Assembly: GCA_008369845.1 (NCBI GenBank)
Contig: MRSU01001520.1
Span: forward strand, 1 to 49,912
Length of the DNA stretch: 49,912 nt
Origin: Trichomonas gallinae
Taxonomy: Eukaryota
Direction: 5' to 3'
How positions within the stretch are numbered: position 1 is the first letter of the stretch; every line of letters starts with the position of its first letter. Both the position numbers and the translations under genes were made by a program. This document shows positions 29,287 to 36,594 of the stretch, piece after piece. Below the pieces are notes generated by a model, which saw nothing but the letters and a program-made list of their open reading frames with translations, made no database searches and had not been told where the DNA came from.

Positions 29287-30321
29287 TTAATTTCTATGCT
29301 TCTTGAAAAGCATGCTAATGAATGTTCCAATGCCAACAGCTGCAACAGCTAAACCAGCAGCCGCGAAAATTGGAATGCCAAATATCTTATTTTCAGAATC
29401 TGGATCAGGATAATCTGGTAATTCAGGAAGTTTTGGTTCTACAGCTTTTGCTCTTCTGTAGTAGTCTTCTGCCTTTGCGACATCTCTCTCACATCCAAGA
29501 CCGGCCTTAAGGAGCTTAGCAGCCTCATATAAAGCGATTGGTTCATCTTTTACAGAAATAACTTTCTCGAAAAGCTGCATAGCTGCTACAGGATCCTTCT
29601 CTACAAACTCAACACCAGAGAGAGGGGATACCATCTGACCCATCAGTGAGATTGCCATTCCGATGCCGTGCTGGGCAGCAACAGACAAAAGTTTGAATCC
29701 TTTTTCTGATTCACCAATGCTGACGAGGAATGTTGCGTATTTGAATATGGCGACTGGATCTCCATACTTAAGAGCTGCTAGTTGCAGCAAAGCAACTCTG
29801 CGTTCTTGTGAATCTTCCTCAGATTCCATCATTTCAATTCCGTAGTTAAGTGCTGGTGTATAGCCTCGCATCATAGATAATGCTAGCATTCCCTCAAGGA
29901 AATCGCGCTTTTCTGCGGAATCATTATCAACGAGAGTCCTAGAAATATGGATAAAAATATCGAATGCTGAATTCGGGTCAATATTTTGTGTTCCTGGTAT
30001 GTAGCCTTTGATTAAATATGGCCACTCAGTTTCAGTGCTTTTTGTAAATACCAATTTAATCTGATTATCAACAATTTCCGTCGTGAAGCCATCAACAGGT
30101 TCGTATAGTTCACCTTGAATGAATGGAGGATTTCCTGGAAATTCTGCAGTGAATGTTGTCTTTTCGTCGTTTAATTCGTATTTAATTGAGCTTGGATTGA
30201 AATCTGTTGGATAATCAATTAAAACAACAACAACAGATGGATTATCTTGCTTGATTTCCCATTTGTAGAGTTCCTGAAAATGCGGGTCAATCGTTGGAAT
30301 TTGGTCAGGCTCTAAATCCAT
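29287..30321 (-). CDS. Tail-anchored protein with N-terminal Hsp20/CS-like domain and Sel1/TPR-like repeats; resembles hydrogenosomal TOM receptors (Tom36/Tom46/Homp38 family)
   Basis: N-terminal beta-rich region (W..Q....VVV.I...IQGELYEPVD...KLVFTK...WPYL), Sel1-like repeats (ALYEAAKLLKAGLGCERDVAKAEDYYRRA), C-terminal TM followed by KKHRN; Inr TCACTT at 30348-30343. Confidence 0.65.
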   Translation of the reverse strand: MDLEPDQIPTIDPHFQELYKWEIKQDNPSVVVVLIDYPTDFNPSSIKYELNDEKTTFTAEFPGNPPFIQGELYEPVDGFTTEIVDNQIKLVFTKSTETEWPYLIKGYIPGTQNIDPNSAFDIFIHISRTLVDNDSAEKRDFLEGMLALSMMRGYTPALNYGIEMMESEEDSQERRVALLQLAALKYGDPVAIFKYATFLVSIGESEKGFKLLSVAAQHGIGMAISLMGQMVSPLSGVEFVEKDPVAAMQLFEKVISVKDEPIALYEAAKLLKAGLGCERDVAKAEDYYRRAKAVEPKLPELPDYPDPDSENKIFGIPIFAAAGLAVAAVGIGTFISMLFKKHRN

Positions 30322-30570
30322 ATATGTGCTAAATAATTATAAAAGTGACAAAATTTTCTCATTTTTAAAAATTTTAAAGTTTTTTGTTTAAAAATAGTAT
30401 CTTTATAGACTACACATGTGAAAAAACAATAAAATGGCTAGTTTTGAAAAATATTTTCCTAAAAAAATTTGCGAAAAATAATAATATTGAAAATTCACCG
30501 AGATATGTAATATATAGGTTAATGAAAGATCAACGATTTTAGTTTACAACTCTATTATAAGAAATAATTT

Positions 30571-31053
30571 TCATTGCCTGCGATTAAACATTTGAATCTG
30601 TGCCTTTTTAGCATGATCATTCTTGTACAGCTGAATAATTGTTAAGCCAAGTTCAGCGAAGAAGAAAATAAGAGATATAATTAAACTGAGCTGAGTTGCT
30701 TTGCCTTTTTCATATCCCACCCATTGAAGCATCGTATATATACCAAATGCAATTAATGGAACTGTGATTAAAAGGATGAATAAAGAAGAAACATTTGTAA
30801 GCATTTCTTTTGCTGATAAATCTTTGCTATTATTAATGTTGTTTTCAACATTTTTGTGCATTCTTGCATGAATTAACTTGGCCCTGATGTCGCCTGTTGG
30901 TTCCGGACGTGTATGTGGCCAAACAACTTTCATTTTTGAGTTTTTAAGTTCATTTGCGAGGTCACATTCGGGGTTAGATTCAACTCTCTTTCTTAACGCG
31001 CTCAAATTGACTTTTGAACCATCTTTAAGTGTAAAAGAAAGCTCACAAGTCAT
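30571..31053 (-). CDS. Small two-TM protein, possibly Vma12/TMEM199-like V-ATPase assembly factor
   Basis: 160 aa; soluble N-terminus with L.+.LK.SK+..P...+RAKL, then two C-terminal TM helices. Confidence 0.5.
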   Translation of the reverse strand: MTCELSFTLKDGSKVNLSALRKRVESNPECDLANELKNSKMKVVWPHTRPEPTGDIRAKLIHARMHKNVENNINNSKDLSAKEMLTNVSSLFILLITVPLIAFGIYTMLQWVGYEKGKATQLSLIISLIFFFAELGLTIIQLYKNDHAKKAQIQMFNRRQ

Positions 31054-31498
31054 ATTATGAACTATTTAGGGTATTACACCAAACTACCCCTAATTTATTT
31101 TTTTCTAAATTATTGAGGGGGTCACACCATTTTTCCCCTATTTATTATCATAATTTTGTTGATATCATATATTTTGCAAATATCTTATTATAGAAGGCAT
31201 ATTCTTATTTCTATGCTAGATATCATTTAACTACTCGTTATTTAGCATTAGATAGCAACGGTATAATTAGATTTTAAGAGAGTTTTGATTGAAATATTTG
31301 CGTTTTAAGTTTCTACAAATACAATTTTCGATTAATGGCCAATAAAAAGGGGTCTAACACCAAAAAGTCCCCTAATTAATCCATTTTTTTGATGGAATGA
31401 TGATATTTAGAATTTCTATGATGTTTAATGTTTGTATTTTGAGTTTCATAAAATTTTGATTTTTGAAAAATTTGTTGACACTTTTTTACTAACGTATA

Positions 31499-31687
31499 AT
31501 GAGTTATTCGACATATGCACCGACATTTAAAGTTCCAGAAGGATTTCCGGAACTTCTTGCCGAATTAACAACAGAAATTCTCCGTGAACAGCCAGTTGAT
31601 GCCACTGGAACATACAAATTCTGCTACGAATTCTTCCTGAAGAAGCAACAAGAACAAAACAACGAACAACCACCAGCAGAAGCTTAA
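31499..31687 (+). CDS. Stand-alone RIIa-type dimerisation/docking (D/D) domain microprotein (62 aa)
   Basis: VPEGFPELLAELTTEILREQPVD....FCYEFF matches the RIIa D/D domain (PKA-RII, Sp17, RSP7/RSP11 class). Confidence 0.8.
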   Translation: MSYSTYAPTFKVPEGFPELLAELTTEILREQPVDATGTYKFCYEFFLKKQQEQNNEQPPAEA

Positions 31688-31862
31688 TATATAAAATATC
31701 TTTGTATTTCAGATCTTTATTACGTATTTATGCAACAAATAAATATTTTCATATAATATTTACGTATTATATATCAAAGCAAATAATAAAAATAAGTAAA
31801 AATTCAAACATGGTTGCTTTTTTAACAATATATATAAGAAAAAAATAAAACAAAAAATAAAA

Positions 31863-34184
31863 TCAAATATAATCAGCAAGTTTCTTAACAAATGGTGCAC
31901 CGCAAATATCAATGAGAGCGCTCTTAACAGCAGGATAGTACTCATTAACAAGACACTTCTTTGTGTGCTCGTCTTTTCCAATTAATCCGTCAATAATTTC
32001 GTGTGAGATTCTCTTACGCCTGAACAAGTACGGACACATTGAACAGATGAAAATGACATTGAGGATATCAAATGAAACCGCTCCTGTTGCCATTTTCTGA
32101 TCGCGAAGAATTCCTCTGTAAAGAACTGTTCTGCTGCAGGCAGAGAGATGTCTGTTGAGTGGTATCATGTTTGTGAGTGCGTATGAAGTGAAAGCAATCG
32201 TTGACCAGTTTTCTTTATATTCTGGAAGTAAAATCGAATGCAATTCCTTGAGTTCGCAGTAGAGAGTGCGAAGTGTGTATGAAATAGACTTAAAGAACAA
32301 ACAATCGATAGATTCTGTCTTCTGTTTTCTGTTTTTCATTAAAATATGGAAAATCGCGTTTGCTATCAACATTCCGAATAACAAATCCTTTGGATAGCTT
32401 ACGCGCATGTCATTGATTGCCATAATGCTTCTGAATGAATGCATCAAGTATGGAATTTCTGTTTCGTCAATTTTTGAAAGTAAAGATTGTATATATTTGG
32501 TCATTCCTTCTTCTGAGAAGTACTCACCAGCATAGCGTAAAGCATGCTCAATGATTTCGACGTCTTTCTTATCTTTCGATTCTTGCAAAAAATTCGAATA
32601 AGTGTTGTTAACGATTTCGACTTTAGCGTTGACATTTGGCCTCTGGAACACTTTTATGAACAAGTCGTTGAGCTTTGGATCGTTAACTATTTGATCAAAA
32701 TCTGAAACTCTAATTAATGATTTTTCTCCTGTATGTTCTAATTGATCTATCATCGAGTTAATCTCTGCGACAATTGCAGGGTTATCCTCACGCTGTCTAA
32801 GACATTTGAGGTCGTCAACGGCTGTTTCGAGAGTAAATTTCTTAATATGAGAAGTTGAATCGTTATAATCATTTGAAAACGGCGAATTGCTCTGCATAGA
32901 AATCAAATCAACGGCAAGATTGTATGATGCGAAAACAATTGCGCCAAATACTAAAGAAACAATAATATAAATAATAATATCCAATTGTTGGGATCCTTTC
33001 GATATTGGTGCTATATCACTATAGCATACAAGACTGTAGATCGTAAGCTCTGTGTTGGAACCTTCAATAGGCGTTGGAGAAATGGTTACAATATAATCTC
33101 TAACAACATTATTAATTACATAAGGTTTCGAATAGTTTTCGCCGGACTGGAACTGTGTATCGTTGACAATGATACTCCAAACCGGGTCTCTGAGCTGGAA
33201 TAAAGTTTTTGTAATTAATGATCCCTGGAAAGTATCTACAAGTTCATCGCTTCCCGTAAGACCGATAAGAATACCAGAGTGGGATGAAACGGCAACGCGA
33301 GAATTCTCCGAGAAGGATAATTCTTTTGTAAGTTTTTGAATCGCTTCCAAATCCAAAGCAACGTGAACAACAGCGACTGGCTCTCCATCAGACATGATCG
33401 CTTTCGAGATTAATATGAATGTCTGCTTTGTGTGGCTCTTGAAACCAAATTGTGGAGCTCCGAATGTTACGCTATTTGGATATTTAAGAGATTCTTTGAC
33501 TTCAGGTATTTCCCTTGTTTTCGTTCTAGTAGAGAGATTCCTTCCATTTAAAGTTGGGAAGTAAGGGTTTTTTCCTTCATCGTCAAGAAGCCAGGAATAA
33601 ATCCAATGATCCGTAGAATTATCTGCAATATATGTCGAGTGAAGTTGGTTTGGTAAATGGGGCCTGTAACCGATTATGCTATCGGTTGTTAATATTGATA
33701 ATTGATACCAGAGAATCGAATTCGAGAAAGTTTTAGATGATTCATGAAATACATTGATAATTTCCGGTGATCTTTCTATAGTGAAACTTGTAAAATCGTA
33801 AGATTGAAATAAAATTGCTAAAGCAGAAGCATAGTTAATACCTTCATCTACTATATTTTGAAGTCTCTCCTGAAAATTCGAATCTGACGCTATTGCATAT
33901 TCACTTAAAATCTTTCTAGAAAAATGATTATAAATTTCTCCTTCGATGAAGATGTTAAGACCCATAGAAATGAATTGGAAGATAACCATCATCAAAACGA
34001 TTATAAACTGCGCAATGAGATAGTTATCGTTGATAAATTTACGATCCGTTTTTCCAGCACTTCGTCGAGCCGCGAATTTCGAGAAAACAGTCTTCTGTAG
34101 ATTCTGAGCACTAATTATATTACCCTTCTCTGAGGTATAACCTTTGGTGTACTTAGAGATAGAGAGAATTAGTGGCTTTTTCAT
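31863..34184 (-). CDS. Two-TM receptor-like protein with a putative Cache-like extracellular sensor and a degenerate helical cytosolic domain
   Basis: TM1 around aa 56-80 and TM2 around aa 403-422 flank about 320 aa containing AVVHVALDLEAIQKL...SRVAVSSHSGILIG (Cache-like). No intact catalytic motif recognised. Inr TCACTT at 34207-34202. Confidence 0.55.
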   Translation of the reverse strand: MKKPLILSISKYTKGYTSEKGNIISAQNLQKTVFSKFAARRSAGKTDRKFINDNYLIAQFIIVLMMVIFQFISMGLNIFIEGEIYNHFSRKILSEYAIASDSNFQERLQNIVDEGINYASALAILFQSYDFTSFTIERSPEIINVFHESSKTFSNSILWYQLSILTTDSIIGYRPHLPNQLHSTYIADNSTDHWIYSWLLDDEGKNPYFPTLNGRNLSTRTKTREIPEVKESLKYPNSVTFGAPQFGFKSHTKQTFILISKAIMSDGEPVAVVHVALDLEAIQKLTKELSFSENSRVAVSSHSGILIGLTGSDELVDTFQGSLITKTLFQLRDPVWSIIVNDTQFQSGENYSKPYVINNVVRDYIVTISPTPIEGSNTELTIYSLVCYSDIAPISKGSQQLDIIIYIIVSLVFGAIVFASYNLAVDLISMQSNSPFSNDYNDSTSHIKKFTLETAVDDLKCLRQREDNPAIVAEINSMIDQLEHTGEKSLIRVSDFDQIVNDPKLNDLFIKVFQRPNVNAKVEIVNNTYSNFLQESKDKKDVEIIEHALRYAGEYFSEEGMTKYIQSLLSKIDETEIPYLMHSFRSIMAINDMRVSYPKDLLFGMLIANAIFHILMKNRKQKTESIDCLFFKSISYTLRTLYCELKELHSILLPEYKENWSTIAFTSYALTNMIPLNRHLSACSRTVLYRGILRDQKMATGAVSFDILNVIFICSMCPYLFRRKRISHEIIDGLIGKDEHTKKCLVNEYYPAVKSALIDICGAPFVKKLADYI

Positions 34185-34537
34185 CTATCTTTTGTAAATA
34201 AAAGTGACAAGATTTTTGTTGTAAGACATTTTTGGTCGCATTTTTGGAAATTACACATTATGCTCATCCCAAAAACCAAAAAATTCAACAAATTATTTCA
34301 AAATCTTCGTAAACATTAAACAATTAACAAAAACAATCAGCATCATTTTAATGCTCATCACATAACATCACCAAAAATTAATCCTAAGTTTGAAAAATAT
34401 CAAAATTCAAAAATTTGAATTCCGTTTTTTCGATTATTTTGTTTTGGAGCTTTAAAACATATAACTATAGCTCATAGTATATCAGTACACATCAGTAAAA
34501 CAGTAGATTTTAAATATAAACAACACACAATATTTTA

Positions 34538-35599
34538 TTACCATTCATAGTTAAGGGTTGGGAAATTCGGCTCTGGGAGCTTTAGTGGATTGCTTTGGAA
34601 GAATTGCTCCCATGAATCATATTCATTATTTTTTTCATCTATCAAATATTTTCCTGCTGATGCAGCTATATCTACTCTATTCCAAATTTTATGAACTATG
34701 TTACCTGGATAAACTATAATGAAGCAGTTATGTTCTGTATTATCAAAGAATCCATAAGGATCTCCGTTATTCGGTAGTACTTTAAGATCTGTTGTTACTT
34801 TTAACCAATTTCCGTGGTGGTTGGATGACGATAGAATACCACCAACTTTTTCCATAAGAGTTTCTTCTGGGCCAAACTTTGCCATAAATTTCGTAAAATC
34901 TGATAATGTAACCTGCGAATCATCATCACATATAAAAATGGCATGCATAAGTTGAGTAGCATTCTTTAAAGATTGTTTCGAAATCCTGAACCGTTTCGCG
35001 GCCAAATTTATGAAGTCTTCTGATGTAATTGTAGCATTGCCTTCGGCTGAGTCGAGAAGCTCATCCCATATAGAGATGGTGTAAACTCGAAATTGCTGCT
35101 GTGTTTCCGGTTCACATTTTCCGAGCATAACATCTCTAAGGAAAGCTATCTTTGTTGATTGTGTATCTTCCATGTATATCGATTTTGACTGTTTTTCCAT
35201 GTCTTTTTGTCCATTTTTATCTGATGTAATATCCGCTAGGTCATTTAAAGTACTTGTAATCGAAAATTTATCACGTGTCCACTCCGTCCAACCGTTTTTA
35301 TCTTGCTGAATCTGTTGAAAACCGAGATCTCGTAAATTCACGTTTAAAGTATTTAACTTAATTTCCATCACAGCTCCTAATCGTTTCTTATTGATTTTGA
35401 ATTGATTATCTGATATCCAACCGGCACCGATGTATTCAATCATTTTAGGATCGCTGCCAGCAAATTTTAACAAAATATGTAATTTATTTGCAAACCGCGA
35501 ACTTGGATCTCTGCTACTCTTCCTCTTTATCATTTCATGGATATCCGGAGGAAGGACAATGGGTTCTTTCCCAACATCAACAACTGGATATCCATTCAT
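34538..35599 (-). CDS. IBP39-like initiator-binding protein (N-terminal IBD plus IBP39 C-terminal domain)
   Basis: LPP.I...KRKSSRDPSSRF..KLH.LL...IG..WISD..FK.KK......MEIKLNTLNVNLRDLGFQQ...DK.GWT.W closely matches the T. vaginalis IBP39 IBD; C-terminal FMAKFGPEETLMEK. Confidence 0.85.
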   Translation of the reverse strand: MNGYPVVDVGKEPIVLPPDIHEMIKRKSSRDPSSRFANKLHILLKFAGSDPKMIEYIGAGWISDNQFKINKKRLGAVMEIKLNTLNVNLRDLGFQQIQQDKNGWTEWTRDKFSITSTLNDLADITSDKNGQKDMEKQSKSIYMEDTQSTKIAFLRDVMLGKCEPETQQQFRVYTISIWDELLDSAEGNATITSEDFINLAAKRFRISKQSLKNATQLMHAIFICDDDSQVTLSDFTKFMAKFGPEETLMEKVGGILSSSNHHGNWLKVTTDLKVLPNNGDPYGFFDNTEHNCFIIVYPGNIVHKIWNRVDIAASAGKYLIDEKNNEYDSWEQFFQSNPLKLPEPNFPTLNYEW

Positions 35600-35642
35600 C
35601 GCAGATTTTCCAATAAAATTTACACGACATTCTGAACAATTT

Positions 35643-35836
35643 TGTCATGTAAATGATTAAGGTGCACCTTAAAAGCATTCAAAATATTGATAACTTTCTG
35701 TCATGTAAATTAATATTAATCATCTATATGACAAATAAAGCTTTCAAAGTAAACAAATATTGACACGTAAAATATCAAAACAATAGATATATTATTGACA
35801 TGTAATGCTCACAAAAATCAGAATTTTGGCATGTAA
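35643..35836. promoter_or_regulatory. Cluster of five TGNCAYGTAA elements in the IBP39-like/ArfGAP divergent promoter
   Basis: Exact copies at 35643, 35699, 35761, 35796 and 35827. Confidence 0.6.
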
Positions 35837-35859
35837 AGACATCGGCATTTTGTTGATAT

Positions 35860-36369
35860 ATGGATAGTATTCTAGAAATCGCTGCAAGGCCAGGAAATTC
35901 ATCCTGCTTTGATTGTGGAGCAAAGAATCCAGAGTGGTGCAGCTTGACATATGGTACATTTATCTGTATCAAGTGTGCTGGCGTGCATCGAGGTTTAGGA
36001 AACCATATATCATTCGTTAGATCTGTAAAACTTGATAATTGGAAACATGAAAGTCTACATAGAATGAACGAATGTGGAAATGTTAAAGCTCACGATGCAT
36101 TTGAAGAAGCAGGAATTGATAATCTTCCAATCGAACAAAAATATCGTACAAAACAAGCTATTAACTATGCAAAAACAATAGAAGCTGATTATCCGATTCC
36201 AAATACAACTGCAGTTGCAGATTTTGATCCGAATTACAAACCTCCTAACATCAACGAAAGAATATTATCATATGGATCTACAGGAAATTCATCATTCAAC
36301 AAACATCGTAGACAAAAACCAAATAATAATCTAATCAAACAATTATGCTGCTGTGGATGCATCAAATAG
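35860..36369 (+). CDS. Small ArfGAP with C-terminal Cys cluster
   Basis: CFDC-x16-CIKC-x4-R zinc finger with arginine finger, [14 protein letters not shown]; ends LCCCGCIK. Confidence 0.92.
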   Translation: MDSILEIAARPGNSSCFDCGAKNPEWCSLTYGTFICIKCAGVHRGLGNHISFVRSVKLDNWKHESLHRMNECGNVKAHDAFEEAGIDNLPIEQKYRTKQAINYAKTIEADYPIPNTTAVADFDPNYKPPNINERILSYGSTGNSSFNKHRRQKPNNNLIKQLCCCGCIK

Positions 36370-36594
36370 CTTCCATACAAACTACACATACGATATTTAT
36401 ACACAATTTTTATTTTTTGTTCATAATCTTTTTTGATATTTGTAAATATCTATTTTTGCAGTGTTGTTTATGTTGGATAGCTAGTAAACTTGTATAGCAT
36501 TAGTATGAAATTATTATTTTATAATGTTGACATATGAAATTTTGAGATTTTAGGAATGTTGATAATTAAGGTTAAAAGTGTACGTTTATTTATA

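Noticed and set aside
31066..31093. TTAGGG/CCCTAA as telomeric repeats
   Set aside because: Single copies, not a tandem array; better explained as part of the tripartite element.
31487..31500. TACTAAC as the branch point of a spliceosomal intron (also 5830-5824, and ACTAAC at 16205 and 21066)
   Set aside because: None has the trichomonad ACTAACACACAG-type 3' end with an AG at the expected distance, and no adjacent ORF needs splicing.
35643..35836. Spaced short repeats as a CRISPR-like array
   Set aside because: Repeats are only 10 bp, spacing is irregular, the context is eukaryotic and there are no cas genes.
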